The notes below the pieces were generated by a model. It saw only the letters and a list, made by a program, of their open reading frames with translations, did not search any database and had not been told where the DNA came from. From a virus: a stretch of DNA of 64,000 nucleotides. This document shows, piece after piece, positions 18,705 to 30,670 of the stretch; the stretch's first letter is position 1, and each line of letters begins with the position of its first letter. The stretch covers positions 64,001 to 128,000 of the IMG/VR virus record IMGVR_UViG_3300033485_000002; one strand, given 5' to 3'. The translations under genes and the position numbers were made by a program.

Positions 18705-20381
18705 ATGGGGACCAAGGTTCGAAGAATCCTATTTGAGGGGCACTTGCTCTTTAGCGTGCCTGATATGACCGAGTACCTAGAGATGGGGGACTTCCGACGC
18801 AAGATGGACAAGGTGGGGCTGATGCCTCTTACCCTGCCTTTGCCCAAGGAACTGAGGACGCAGGCGGGACAGCCCCTTCAGCATGATTGGATGACCTGGG
18901 ACGATGTCTACAAAATGGACCAACGCTTCAAGTGGAGCGGCAGTGAGATCGGCAAGAAGCTGGCGATGGTCCGCATGTGGTCCAGAAACAAGGATGGAGA
19001 TGCGTATCGCCTCACTATGGGGGGCGATATGGTGTTAGTGGAGCAGCGGCCCAAGGTGTTGAAGGATGTTGGGGAGTTCATCGAAACGGTGGTAGATCTG
19101 GAGGTAGCGGACGTGCGTCAGAACAAGGCAAGGGCGAAGGCGAAGCATGAGCAGGATAAGGTAGCAGTGCAACAGTTCCACGATAAGGTCGCCATGCAGA
19201 AGGCAGCCCAGAAGCAGAGCATGGTGCAGGCTATGCGGACGGATAGCCAGCAGGTGGACGAGCACCTCACCCAGGCCAAGCTTGATCTTGGGCAGTTGAT
19301 GGTGGATCTTGATTACATGCCGAAGGTGGATATGTTCGATCATCCGGTGCGGGTGGTGGCGATGGTGATGATCGAGGGAGTGGAGATGCCTCTGCTGCTG
19401 CAACAGGATTTTTGTTTGGCAGTGGGTATCCACCCTACTTCGTCCATGCTCAGTTCGGTACCGGAGACGGATCGTGGCTTTGTGAGTACGACAGGGGAAC
19501 GGAATGCTGGCCCCGCGATGCGGACGATGTGTTGGATCTCACTCCGTGCGGGAGTGGATCTTCTGCGGCGTTCGAATAAGACTAAAGCGCGGGAACTGGC
19601 ACAGCAACTCAATACGGTGGACTGGAGAGTCATCATGACGGGCAAGTATGAACCGAAGGGGATGGGCATTGTCCCGATGCAAGAGCAACAGGCGTTGACG
19701 GTGTCCTCGGATGTCAATTTGGACCTGATGGCAATTGTCGAGAACGTGCAGGTCGAGTCGATCAAGGAACGGCGTGAGATGCGGGCGCAGATGGAGAAGC
19801 TGATCCTTGGTGAGCAGGCCAACACGCAGACGATTGTGCAGGAACTGGCTGGTGTTATCAAGCATATCACCAACAAGTTCGACATGATGTTCCAGGTGGA
19901 TACCACGCAGCAGCCGAAGGTGAACGTGGTGAACTACGAGCCGGAGGTGGTGAAACCCGAGGTTACCCCCGAGGATAACCCGGTCCCAGTCACCACCGAG
20001 CCTGCTGAACCGAAGAAGCGGCGAGTGCGTAAGGGTGGCCCTTTCGTTCCTCAGATCCCGAAGCGTGACCCGCTTCCCGGCCAGCCCAAGATCATCGGGC
20101 AGGATGAGCGTACGCTCAGGTTTGTGCGGGAGAAGGTGGGCAAGGGCTACGACACTACCAAGATGTTCTTGAACAAGCGGGGTAAGCGCACCGACAAGTA
20201 TCAGCTTTCACTGGCACAGCGTGCGAGGGGTGAGCTTGAGCGGCAGGGTAGGCTGCATGAGCTGTACAGCGTCCCTAGCCCGAAGCCGACCAGGGGGCCG
20301 AACCCGAACACCAGCAACGAGAATGCCTATCCTGTTGATGTGTTGGAAAAGGCTTATGCTACTATGGAGTTCGAGGAGTAG
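18705..20381 (+). CDS. Antirepressor-like protein with internal Bro-N-like domain
   Basis: MFDHPVR...PLLLQQDFCLAVG...ISLRAGVDLLRRSNK..A pattern; C-terminal NAYPVDVL; AAGGAG RBS. Confidence 0.55.
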   Translation: MGTKVRRILFEGHLLFSVPDMTEYLEMGDFRRKMDKVGLMPLTLPLPKELRTQAGQPLQHDWMTWDDVYKMDQRFKWSGSEIGKKLAMVRMWSRNKDGDAYRLTMGGDMVLVEQRPKVLKDVGEFIETVVDLEVADVRQNKARAKAKHEQDKVAVQQFHDKVAMQKAAQKQSMVQAMRTDSQQVDEHLTQAKLDLGQLMVDLDYMPKVDMFDHPVRVVAMVMIEGVEMPLLLQQDFCLAVGIHPTSSMLSSVPETDRGFVSTTGERNAGPAMRTMCWISLRAGVDLLRRSNKTKARELAQQLNTVDWRVIMTGKYEPKGMGIVPMQEQQALTVSSDVNLDLMAIVENVQVESIKERREMRAQMEKLILGEQANTQTIVQELAGVIKHITNKFDMMFQVDTTQQPKVNVVNYEPEVVKPEVTPEDNPVPVTTEPAEPKKRRVRKGGPFVPQIPKRDPLPGQPKIIGQDERTLRFVREKVGKGYDTTKMFLNKRGKRTDKYQLSLAQRARGELERQGRLHELYSVPSPKPTRGPNPNTSNENAYPVDVLEKAYATMEFEE

Positions 20382-20589
20382 GCATGCCACGGCGTAATGT
20401 TTATCGTGATCTGTTGATCCGTATCCTGCAACAGACCAGGGCGGGTGCAATTGATTATGATGAAGTACCCAAGGAGCTACTCTCCGAGGCCGCAGAGTTG
20501 TGCGATTTTGACATTGACTCATTGCCCCCCATCATCCTGGGGGCAGATCTATCATCGTTGGGTGCCAAGTGGCATAAGGAAGGTGACGA

Positions 20590-20937
20590 ATGACTGAAAG
20601 AGAGTACCCCAAGACGCCGGAGTTGGACAAGATGCAAGCGTGCAGGGAGGGGGCGCAGACCATCGGGGAGTTCATCGAGTGGCTCCGTGAGGAGCAGAAG
20701 GTGGGCTTTTTCAAGGTGGCGCAAACGGAAGAGGAGGGGGCAGTCCACCTGAGCTACACCCCGTTCTGTGAGGATATCAACGTCCTGCTTGCCAACTTCT
20801 ACAACATCAGCTTGGAAAAGGTTGAGGCGGAACGACAGGAAATCCTTGAGTACATCAGGACTAAGCACGGGGATAAGCCTGCACCTGGGTTCTCCTTGAA
20901 GGCTGAGGGTGAAGAGCTGGGGGATGTGAATGTCTGA
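20590..20937 (+). CDS. Hypothetical phage protein
   Basis: Packed ORF with RBS. Confidence 0.6.
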   Translation: MTEREYPKTPELDKMQACREGAQTIGEFIEWLREEQKVGFFKVAQTEEEGAVHLSYTPFCEDINVLLANFYNISLEKVEAERQEILEYIRTKHGDKPAPGFSLKAEGEELGDVNV

Positions 20938-21378
20938 CAGAGCGGATAGGCGGGGCTGGCACATCTATGCCAGATTGGTGTGCGAGCATCAGCAGTTTAA
21001 CGACTGTGCGAGGCCACAATGGGTGAGGGTGTTGGTGATGTGGCACCCGGTGTTGGGCAAGCTGATATCCGCAAGTGCGGTGTTGCGTTGGGTGCATTGG
21101 GCGTTCCCGGTCCTCATTGGTGGTAGGGCATTGATGTGCGCCAACTGCCACCGGGTGGCGTACCAGAGCAGACTGTCGGAGTGGATCGCTCGTTTCGTAG
21201 CGTTCGTTACGTGTATGGGTGAGGATACCTCTGACGCCATCCTCATGATCGATGAGGATCTGAAACACCTGTCGGAGCGGACGCTGGCTGAGCTTAACCC
21301 TGAAGATATTTAGCTTGACACGCACTACATTTGTGGTGTAATGGTAGATGGGATCAGCTAATTCGAGGGAGCAGAGCA

Positions 21379-21663
21379 ATGAAGATCAAGGAGATCACCA
21401 TTGGTGGTAGCTACACCTACCAACCCGCTGCGTACCACAGCGCGAGGGCAGAGGCTACTTTCACGGTGGAGCTTGATGACGACGAAGATCCGGATGCAGC
21501 TCAGGATGAACTGAGGCAGCAGATCGTGAACTCTATTGTTCACACGCTAGCGGGTGTGGACGAGGTCCACAATCAGGTGTTCAAGAAGGGCATGAACCCG
21601 AAGGACTTGATCAAAGAGTCCAACGAGGGGGATATGTTCGAGGACGAGGAATGGAACCCATAG
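21379..21663 (+). CDS. Hypothetical protein
   Basis: ATG after GAGG; possible TTGACA promoter at 21315. Confidence 0.55.
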   Translation: MKIKEITIGGSYTYQPAAYHSARAEATFTVELDDDEDPDAAQDELRQQIVNSIVHTLAGVDEVHNQVFKKGMNPKDLIKESNEGDMFEDEEWNP

Positions 21664-22398
21664 ACCCCACCAAGCTCAAGCTGGCTGGCGTCAAGGTATG
21701 GGGCGTTATAGCTGAAGGACAATCTTTCGGGCTACGCATCGAAGAGCTTGTGGGTGACGGGCATAAGGTGTTGGCAGTATCAGCGGGTAGAGAAATAGAA
21801 GATGGCTCGTATGAGAGCCTGGACAACCCATCCAAGGAATTCATGATGGGCTTGCTGACTCATATCCTGTACTTCAATTTTGAACCCATGATGACGTTGA
21901 GTGGAGATGCGTTGGCAGCACTTGAAGCGGAGGAAGAAGATAATCTACCACGACAGTAGAAAGGGGACATGAGCATGACGATCTATCTGGACGAGCAGCA
22001 GGAGTACTTCGACGGTGGACAAGGAACGATGGTGCCATCCCCGATGAAAGAGACGCTGAAGACTTATGGCAGGGGATTGGCAGCAGCGGTGGCAGCAGCA
22101 ACCGTCGCGTACACCATCAAGTTTCTGAGTGATGGCTTCATGGCCGACGAGCTTACAGTCTACTACGACGAAGAACCGGATTGAGAGGTAATGCGGGATG
22201 GCTTTCTTGAGCAACTGGCAAATGCGGATCTTCCTTGACGATGAGGAAGAGGTGTCACCTTCCACGCCTACTCCCTCAGCACCCCGTCACACTGGCACCA
22301 GGGGGAAAAGCAGATCCAGTGGAAGGCCATCCCGCCGTTTTCTCACCTCGAAGATCAAGATACTAGAGGATACGGATATGCCCAATGAGGAATCTAAA

Positions 22399-22516
22399 TA
22401 GCAACCCCTGGTCCCGTCAACCATTACCGAGGTTAGGCAGTACCACTGTCTCTGCACATACCTACCTCACATCTCACGCAAATAACAGCCCATCCCACAT
22501 CCACCAGGGGTTGCTA
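22399..22516. repeat. Perfect 14-bp inverted repeat flanking a 90-nt non-coding C/A-rich segment
   Basis: TAGCAACCCCTGGT (22399-22412) ... ACCAGGGGTTGCTA (22503-22516). Confidence 0.8.
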
Positions 22517-22538
22517 ATTCTTCATAAGAACAGGGAGT

Positions 22539-22940
22539 ATGCAATTTATGCCTGAATTACACGCCAAGTTCATAGTCTGGAAAAACAGGATAACAGCGAA
22601 GCTTATCCAAGAGGATAGGTTTGTGTTGATGCCTATTCTGTCTACTCCTCAAGTGATTGATAACAATAGGGTTAGCTGGGCAGCTCATAAACCTGCCTCC
22701 GGAAGTCACTGTATCAACTGCACTTACTACGTAGTGGCAGTAGAGGAAGAGCCAAGTCTTAAGGACGGGGATGACAACCCGTTGCACACAGCCCCCCCAC
22801 AAGTGAATGGGAGCTGTATCTACTTGATGCCCGAGTACCTGATCACCAACGTCAAGGTGACCCAAGGGTGTGAGCTACATGAGAAGCGACCTGATGAGTT
22901 CGTGGACGACGCAATCGAGGACAAGCTGAAGGTGTGGTAA
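22539..22940 (+). CDS. Hypothetical protein (Cys-containing)
   Basis: GGGAG RBS. Confidence 0.55.
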   Translation: MQFMPELHAKFIVWKNRITAKLIQEDRFVLMPILSTPQVIDNNRVSWAAHKPASGSHCINCTYYVVAVEEEPSLKDGDDNPLHTAPPQVNGSCIYLMPEYLITNVKVTQGCELHEKRPDEFVDDAIEDKLKVW

Positions 22941-22944
22941 CAAA

Positions 22945-23631
22945 GTGAACGCGAGAGCAATCAAGAAGCGGATGTTGAAGAATGCCAAGAGGGTGTTCTG
23001 GGGTAGGAGGGCATTCATAGGTCTGAGGTTCCCCCTGGACACCGTACTGCCCCCTAAGCCACCAGATATACAGGTGCCGGATGGGTTCATACCTGATGAT
23101 TGCTTCCCCGGTATCTGGCACCGTAAGAACCAGGATGGCAGTGAGGATTACCTGACTATCCACCATCCTTCGTGTAGCCAACCACCAGACCCGGAAGAGG
23201 GGAGGAGCTATTACCACATGGAGCGTAACAGGTGGGATAGCGCCTACCAATGGTGGGAGGTGTACCAGTCGAGGTCAGTGATTGGTTGTGAGGTAGCGGT
23301 ACAGGTGCCGGTGGACCCCAGCTTGGCAGAGACAATGGCGGGGCAGGCACGTGACCTGGATAGGTGGAGAGACCTGATCATCTTCGGGGATGACGATAAC
23401 ACCTATCCGCTGGTGTGGACCCTCATGGCACCGGAGTGGGCAGCTAAGACTGGCTACCTGTATAAGGACGACACTCACTACTATTGGATCTGGTCGGTGA
23501 AGTACTTCTATGCCTACTTCCTGCGTAGGTTCGTGACCTTGTTCAAGCACAGCTACCTGGAGCTGAAGAAGCAGGGAGTGGACGTTAAGGTGGTGGATAG
23601 CGAGCCAAAGGGCGCTCTCTACCTGTTCTAG
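22945..23631 (+). CDS. Hypothetical protein
   Basis: 228-aa ORF in operon order. Confidence 0.6.
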   Translation: MNARAIKKRMLKNAKRVFWGRRAFIGLRFPLDTVLPPKPPDIQVPDGFIPDDCFPGIWHRKNQDGSEDYLTIHHPSCSQPPDPEEGRSYYHMERNRWDSAYQWWEVYQSRSVIGCEVAVQVPVDPSLAETMAGQARDLDRWRDLIIFGDDDNTYPLVWTLMAPEWAAKTGYLYKDDTHYYWIWSVKYFYAYFLRRFVTLFKHSYLELKKQGVDVKVVDSEPKGALYLF

Positions 23632-23637
23632 GGGGCA

Positions 23638-23871
23638 GTGATGGCTCATGCGAACACAGATGTGTTGAACTCCTATCAGGTGAACACGCTGCTTGAGGCG
23701 CTGTTGGATCTGGTCCAAAACGGGGATGACATCTTCATTCAGCAACAGGAACGGACTGCCCAGTTAAACGAGGATTTGCTTGCTTGTAGAATGCTTATCG
23801 AGCAGCAGCAGAAGCAGATCGAGATGCTGATTAAACGGGTGGATAGCCTGGAAGTACCGGACATGCTCTGA
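23638..23871 (+). CDS. Coiled-coil protein ending EVPDML
   Basis: ORF sharing its 3' end sequence with the next gene. Confidence 0.6.
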   Translation: MMAHANTDVLNSYQVNTLLEALLDLVQNGDDIFIQQQERTAQLNEDLLACRMLIEQQQKQIEMLIKRVDSLEVPDML

Positions 23872-24392
23872 TGAAAGCCGTAAAGAAGCCAGCCACGAAG
23901 CGTACACCTAAGTCTGAGGATTACAGACTTACTACGGAGATATCACCGGAGCTGTCAGCATTATCAGAGCCGGAATTGGATGAGCCGTTCCTTCGCGAGT
24001 TGTTAAAGGAAGCTGTAACCTTCAACAACACTCTGCCTGCCCCTGGTACCTATCACGCAAGCACTGACCCACAGATAGATGGGCCAGTGTTGAAGAAGTG
24101 GGTGCAACTGATACAGCAGCAGCAACAGGCAGAGGCCGAGAAGTCGGCAGCAGTCAATGTGGCCGTGACCCGGTCAGAGGCAGAGCGGCTCATCTTTCAG
24201 CAGATCAACGAGCTACGGTCGGACATGAAAGACGTGCTCCGTTGTCTGATGAAGGTTGAGAACCTCGTACAGTCGATGTTGGATAAGAGCCAGCCTATCG
24301 GGGAGCTGGTTACAGGGCTGAATAAGCTGGTAGACCGCATGGACGATCTTGACCATCGTGTGAAGTCAATCGAAGTACCGGACATGCTCTAA
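23871..24392 (+). CDS. Coiled-coil protein ending EVPDML
   Basis: TGATG-coupled ORF; 19-bp repeat shared with the previous gene. Confidence 0.65.
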   Translation: MKAVKKPATKRTPKSEDYRLTTEISPELSALSEPELDEPFLRELLKEAVTFNNTLPAPGTYHASTDPQIDGPVLKKWVQLIQQQQQAEAEKSAAVNVAVTRSEAERLIFQQINELRSDMKDVLRCLMKVENLVQSMLDKSQPIGELVTGLNKLVDRMDDLDHRVKSIEVPDML

Positions 24393-24408
24393 GAAAGGGG
24401 ATGAGCAA

Positions 24409-24648
24409 ATGGCAACCAAGCGAGTGACGAAGCAAGTGGATAAGAATGTCATTGATACGATTGATCCTGACGTGCATTGCACGGTGAGCGTGGAGATCAC
24501 CATAGAGGATCTGTTGAAGCTGCTGGCCCCCAAGTACCCGATTCTGGATGTTATTGTCCAGGAGGCGAGGAAGGGGGCGGTGCTTGGTGTAGACAACTGT
24601 GACACCGAGTATGGCACCCTGTTGCTCGACATCAGCGTGGAGGATTAA
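24409..24648 (+). CDS. Hypothetical protein, paralog of 25575-25787
   Basis: MATK...VEIT(I/L)..L...LA...P...G....D..V.D shared pattern. Confidence 0.6.
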   Translation: MATKRVTKQVDKNVIDTIDPDVHCTVSVEITIEDLLKLLAPKYPILDVIVQEARKGAVLGVDNCDTEYGTLLLDISVED

Positions 24649-24649
24649 G

Positions 24650-24934
24650 ATGGCCAAGAAGAAGAACACCCGGTTGCTTATCAACGATGACATCTACAAC
24701 CCGGCTGACGGTAAAGGGTATCGCTTGCAGATCACGAGGCTCGATGATGAGGGTACGCGGCTGGACTATGCGCTGTATGTGCAGCACGAGGACTCGTTCG
24801 GCACCGAGTACTGGGAAAAGATCGATGAAACGGCTGACTATGAGGATTTTCCAACTACTCTCGTCCGGGTGTTGAGCTATCTCCTGTTTGAGAGCCGAGG
24901 CATCAACCTGGGCATGGGTGACTTGGAGAAGTGA
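24650..24934 (+). CDS. Hypothetical protein
   Basis: GGAGG RBS. Confidence 0.55.
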   Translation: MAKKKNTRLLINDDIYNPADGKGYRLQITRLDDEGTRLDYALYVQHEDSFGTEYWEKIDETADYEDFPTTLVRVLSYLLFESRGINLGMGDLEK

Positions 24935-25137
24935 TGAAGAACAACAAAGTGGTTGATGAAACTTGGGACCGGGTATTGGATGACTTCGAGGTGTGGTACG
25001 AGAAGGAGAGCCAATCGAAGTACTGTGCGGTGTGCGAGAACACGGAGTATCCCCACCCTGAGTGGGAGGATCAACTGGACCAGTTGTTCAAGCTGGTGAA
25101 GAAGCACTTCATCCTCACTCCGAAAGGTAAGAAGTAG

Positions 25138-25575
25138 ATGTTCACCCTTGATGCTATGGATGGCCGGGAAAAGTATGACACCATCGTGTCTACTATCAAG
25201 CAGCGTAAGCGACAGATCGAGATCGAGGTGGACGAATGGCTCACCCACATCGACTCGGAGGACATCAGTAGGATCGCGCAGCGTCTGGAGTTCAGCACCG
25301 AGGTGGTGCGTGCGGCAGCTTATGGGCAGGTATACACCCAGGTACTGAAAGGGCTGGAAGAGAACGATGAGAAGCCGAAGTACACCTGGGATCTCAGGGT
25401 GCCGCACGTATTCCAGTATGCGCTGCAAGAGGTGTTGAGCAGGTCGCAGAATCCGAGGTTCTCGACCAGCCCGATGGGTAACCTCATCCACCAGTTCACT
25501 TTGTCCGCATGGGCTGATGTGGTAACCCTTATCGATGATGTGTGCCACGTTATCTACAAAGGAGCGAAGAAGTAA
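25138..25575 (+). CDS. Hypothetical protein
   Basis: Packed ORF. Confidence 0.55.
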   Translation: MFTLDAMDGREKYDTIVSTIKQRKRQIEIEVDEWLTHIDSEDISRIAQRLEFSTEVVRAAAYGQVYTQVLKGLEENDEKPKYTWDLRVPHVFQYALQEVLSRSQNPRFSTSPMGNLIHQFTLSAWADVVTLIDDVCHVIYKGAKK

Positions 25576-25787
25576 TGGCGACCAAGAAGGAAGTTTCGGT
25601 TAAGCCCACGGGTATCACCATCACCCACTCCATGATCGTGGAGATCACGTTGGACGAGCTGGTGGACATCCTAGCGCAGCGGGATCCAGCGATCAAGACA
25701 CTACTTGATAATGACAAGCATTTCGAGGTAAATGATGTGACCGCTGATCTGGGTGCCATTCAGATCGACCTGTTGGTGGTTGACTAG
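25575..25787 (+). CDS. Hypothetical protein, paralog of 24409-24648
   Basis: Same shared pattern as 24409-24648. Confidence 0.55.
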   Translation: MATKKEVSVKPTGITITHSMIVEITLDELVDILAQRDPAIKTLLDNDKHFEVNDVTADLGAIQIDLLVVD

Positions 25788-28108
25788 GAGATTCTTGATG
25801 ATGTGGTGGAAGAAGCTCAAAGTCCGCTTTGAGTGCTGGCGTTGGGGCCACGATTGGTGGTACAGCCGGGACTACGATCGAACGTATCGTAACATCGGCA
25901 TGTTCTACATAAATCGTACGTGTCACACCTGTGGTCGGCGTGAGGTGGGGATGCCCAAGCTGGGCGAGACCGCCTATCAGGATGTATATGGAGACCCTGA
26001 CCGCAGCAAGTTCTTCTGGGTGAAGGAGTCAATAAAGTGAGCGATATGGTGAATGCGTTCTTTGCCAGCCAAGTAGGCTCACTCATCGTGGGCATACTGC
26101 TCGGTATTGCGACCTATCGGTTCATCAAGCTGTGGCGGCGGTGGAGGGTACGGGATGACTGAGTGGGTGCTGAAAGAATGTCCAGGTTGTGGCCGTAAAC
26201 AACCCCCTTTTCTCTATGACGAGGGGGTTGAGTTGTGTATGGGGTGCGCGGATAAGGGCACCACCTATACCGACAAGATGCGGAAGCCAAAATTGGCAAA
26301 AAAGAAGTTGACACTCGAAAGCAAGGACACTATCATTGATTCCGTGAAGAAGCGGAAGTACACCAAGCGAACCAAAGTGCTTGAGGTGGGGGAGCTTGAC
26401 CAGACTGCATTGACTCGTTCGCGGATGATGAAGGAGCTGGACGATGAGTGATGCTGGATGGGTGGTACAGATAATGACCAGCATTAACGGCGGCAATGGG
26501 CAGTGGGTGACTATCTGGAATACTGCAAACTGCCACCGGACTGGTGCGATTGCCGAATGGGACAGGTTGTATGGGGCTTATGACGGTGAATGGGAGTATT
26601 GCCGCAAGAGAAAGCTCTTGCGCTGCGTGCGGTGTGAGGTGAAGCCATGAGTGAGCTTACAGAGCGGCTTATCTCCTGGGCGCAGAACGAGGAGATGATC
26701 GACCAGTACTACACGGACCACGGTAAGGATTGTATGGATGCGGTTGATCAGCTTGAGCGGATGCAAGCGCTGCTCCATGAGGTCGCGTGTTGCGGCGTTG
26801 AGTTTGAAGACGAGCGAGTCAGGTACGTGACCATCCAGATTGACAAAGAAACGCTCGACGCCATCCGTGCTCTGGACGGTGTTGATGTTTCAAACTTGTA
26901 ACATCTACCAGGATTCGGAGATCAATAGCCATGTTTCACGGGTCAACGGATAAGCAGACTACGTGGTGTGGTGAGAGCGTCCACTATGTCAGTGGGTGGC
27001 AGGAAGACGCGAACTACGTGGAGTGCATCGAGTGTCTGAGGGCGAAACTTCATGCCCAGCAGCAAGTGGTGGACGAGGTGTTGCGGGTGATCAGAGAGGA
27101 AGTCTACGGTTTGCAGGATCTGCGGAACGCGCTGCGTGAGGGCGGGTTTCTGGAGGTGAAGCATGAGTAGTTTTAAAACTGCTTGGGTTAAGGCTTGTAA
27201 GGGTTATGAGCCACCGGATCTAGAGGCTGAGATCGCCCGCCTCACCGTAGAGAACAAGCGCCTGCTAGCGGTGGTAGACGTAGCGGTGGAGGCTGTTGAG
27301 AACTGGAAGTACGAAGATGACATGGCTGCTTGGGAGAGCATGAAGAAACTGCATGACATCCTCCGCACCATTGGACGTGGGGTGTATCGTGAGTGACCGG
27401 AGCCAATGATGGACACCTTTCAAATCGTTGTGCTGTTTATCTTCCTCCTCGGCTTTGCTTTTGTGGGTGGCATATGGGTAGAGCGGCACACCACGGAGTT
27501 CAATATTTATCGTAGTTTATCGCGTCCTGATAGGCCGTGTCCGACGTGTGGGAGGAAAAATACTCGCCATGAGTGACTGGACTCGCGATGAGATCGTGTC
27601 GGTGTTGAAGGTGGGCCATGAGGCCGAGATCAAAGAGGCCGACGAGTGGCGACCATTGGCGCAGCACGTATTGGACCTGTTGAAGCTGCACGACAGGAAG
27701 TACGAGAAGCTGGTGGCAGTGGCCCACAATGCCAGCCAGAATGTAGGTATCTGGGCGGATAAGCTGGACCGTGCTCTCAAGGAGCTGGAAGGCAAAGACC
27801 CAAGGGTGTGCCCGAAGTGTCAAAGCCAGCCACCACCGTATACGCTGCCGGATCTGTGGCCGGTGAGAGTCATCCCGGTCACCTGTACGGGTTGTGGAAA
27901 GACGTGGGTGTGGGAGGGTCAACGATGGGAGGGGAACTATGACGCAGAATAACGACTATGTGGTGCAGCTCCAGAAGCTGCTCGCTGCCATCGACTGGTT
28001 GCTCCAGTCGCCGACCAACAAGGACGGGGCTATCCCTGGGGATAGCAAGGCATTTAGAAATCTCATCGAAGTGACTGATAAGGTCACGAAGTTCCTGGTG
28101 GGTAAGTC

Positions 28109-28591
28109 ATGAGTAAGGCGTTCTTTGAGGGCTTGGTAGGGAGCACGATGCTGGCGCTTCAGAAGCAGAATGACGCCTTGAAAGTGGAACTTGCCGCAGT
28201 GGTCAAGGAGCGGGATTTAGTCAAGTCGCAGTATGCGCGGGCGATGGAGCTGGGCCAGCAGTCGATGCGGGTGATGGACGCAGCCTGCCGCACCATTGAC
28301 GCCCATAAGAAGGCCCTGGGAGCGATTGCGGAGATCTACCCCATCAGGGCCACCCCTAGCTTGACCAGCGTGTTGGAGGGGCTGCTGGACCAGGAAGAAT
28401 GCGAACTGTGCGAGGGCAAGGGCAGGGTGCCAGCGTCGATGCACGCGGAGTCCATCATGTCGCCCACCTATGACGGTAGGAACTGCGAGTGTCCACTGTG
28501 TAAGGGTAGCGGCATCAAGTACGACGCAGATGGCTATGTGGCGGCTGACTATCTCTGTAAGATGTGCAAGGGCACGGGGAGGGTCAAGTGA
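28109..28591 (+). CDS. Protein with DnaJ-type CxxCxGxG zinc-finger repeats
   Basis: CELCEGKG, CPLCKGSG, CKMCKGTG. Confidence 0.65.
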   Translation: MSKAFFEGLVGSTMLALQKQNDALKVELAAVVKERDLVKSQYARAMELGQQSMRVMDAACRTIDAHKKALGAIAEIYPIRATPSLTSVLEGLLDQEECELCEGKGRVPASMHAESIMSPTYDGRNCECPLCKGSGIKYDADGYVAADYLCKMCKGTGRVK

Positions 28592-30469
28592 TCCATCAGA
28601 TTAGCTTGGAAGTGGGAGATAAGGTCAAGCTTAACCCGGACATCACAAAGCGCATGAGGTGCATCCAGGACCGAACGTTCAAGCTAGTGATCCCTACTGA
28701 TGTGAAGGAGTGGACGGTCAAGTCGTTGGGGGAAACCATGGTGTCGCTGACTGCCCCAGGGTATGGGGAAAGACCCTATGGCAGCGGGTGTATCACGATG
28801 AACAAGATCGACCTGATCATGGCGATGGAGGACTAATGACCGCAAAAGCTGACGTGCTGGAGTGGCTGACTGAGTGTGCTGAGCAGTATGAGGATGGATT
28901 GTCCAGGGAGGAGCGCAAGAACAAGCGCAAGGTGGCGGCGATGAAAGATAACGTATACCGCGCTGCCATCAAGGAGATCAAGGGGTTGAGGAGGGAGATC
29001 GAGCGCACCGACCTCACCCTGTCCGCGCTGATCACTAAGAACCTCAAGATCCTGGGCATGCTCCGCCTGAATGCTAAGAGCATGGATAAGGTAGACCAGG
29101 AGCTGGAGCACCTGAAGAAGTGGAGCAAGGTGGGCAACTGTTTGATCAGGGTGAGGCAGTCAGATCCTCCGATCCTGGTCAAGCACGAGAACGGAATTAT
29201 TACTGCAAACCTTGATGGCTACGCTATTATCCCAAGGGAGGAGATGTTGTATGGCAGCCCCGATGAACCTGCTGTTTGAGCATCAGGCAAAGGATAAGAT
29301 CTGCCCCATCATCTACATCGGCCAAACCCCAGGGGGATACTGTGTTGGGTCAAGCTGCATGATGTGGCGGTGGGCGGGTGAGCGGGCCGAGGGTGACGCA
29401 GACGTGAAGCACCCGGTGGGCTACTGTGGTCTGTCTGAACTGTCCGAGAGGATTGAATGTCATGAGTAGGGAGAACTTGCTCGAACGGTTGGATAAGAGC
29501 CGGATAGAGGTGGACGACTACTGGAGCTACCTATACGACACGATAGGGGAAGTTCAGGAAGACATCACCACTTTGCGGGAACTGGTGTATGATCTGGTGA
29601 TGCAAACCTGTGCGAGCACCACGGTGCCGGATAAGTTGGACAGCATGGCAATCAGCGCTTATGCGGATGCGATGCGTTACCTGGATACTATCGGGAAGAT
29701 CGTGATCACCGAGGAGCGGGGACGGAGAGTTATTGCCCATCTGCCGGGGGATGACAATGGGGATGCCAATCAAGTCGAAGGGCCACACGACGGAGCATGA
29801 TCTCGGGTGCCTGTGGTGTGTCGTCATATTCTTAGTGCTGGTTGCTGTAGGTGCAGTCATCTACTCGATCATGGGGGTAATGTGAGCGAGTTCGTGCAGG
29901 CGCTGTGGGGTGGCTTCGTGGTCGGGGCGATGATGGGGATGTGCATCGGCATGGTGATGGGCTACAAGCTGGGAAGGGACGACCAATGAGTAAGACGCGG
30001 TTGTGCGATCTATGCGCCTGTCCTATCAAGGACACCAGGAAGAGGATTCGAGTGGTGCCTAAGTTCATCTGGCATCTCCCAACGATAAACGGGGATTTTG
30101 AGGGTAAGCTGGACGTGTGCTATGACTGTTGGTCCTGGTTCAAGCGGTTCATCCAAGAGGGCAAGAAGATCCAGTTTAACCCGGTGGAAGGAGCATTCGA
30201 TGGATCATAAGTCGGTTATGATCGAAAAGGTGGATAATGGCTACGTTATCAGGCTTAATGTGGACGGGCCGATATCGAGTGATTCGGTCACGTATGTTGA
30301 GAAGTTGTGGCTTCAAGCGGCGTGTACGGTGACGGAGTTCTTTGACGAGCAGCTTGCCATCAGCCCGGTAGCGCCACCTATTGTCTCTACCTGGAAGGGT
30401 GAGCCGATCACTGGTCCTCCGGTGTATTCGATTGAGCGGGATGACACGGATCGTTGTTGAGGGGGAGAG

Positions 30470-30664
30470 ATGCCTGATATCACCTGTTGTACGGGGGAAG
30501 GTTGTCCGTTGAAGGATAGCTGTTGGCGCTACACTGCGCCCAAGAATGACTATTGGCAGTCGTATTTCGACTCACCACCATGGGACGAAGAGACATACGA
30601 TTGCAAATACTACTGGCCCCTTGACCCACCGAAGAAGAATGGCACGAAGGTTCCGAAAGGATAG
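30470..30664 (+). CDS. Small Cys-rich phage protein
   Basis: MPDITCC.G..CPLK..C.RY...WQSYF...C.YYW pattern. Confidence 0.65.
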   Translation: MPDITCCTGEGCPLKDSCWRYTAPKNDYWQSYFDSPPWDEETYDCKYYWPLDPPKKNGTKVPKG

Positions 30665-30670
30665 GGGCGT

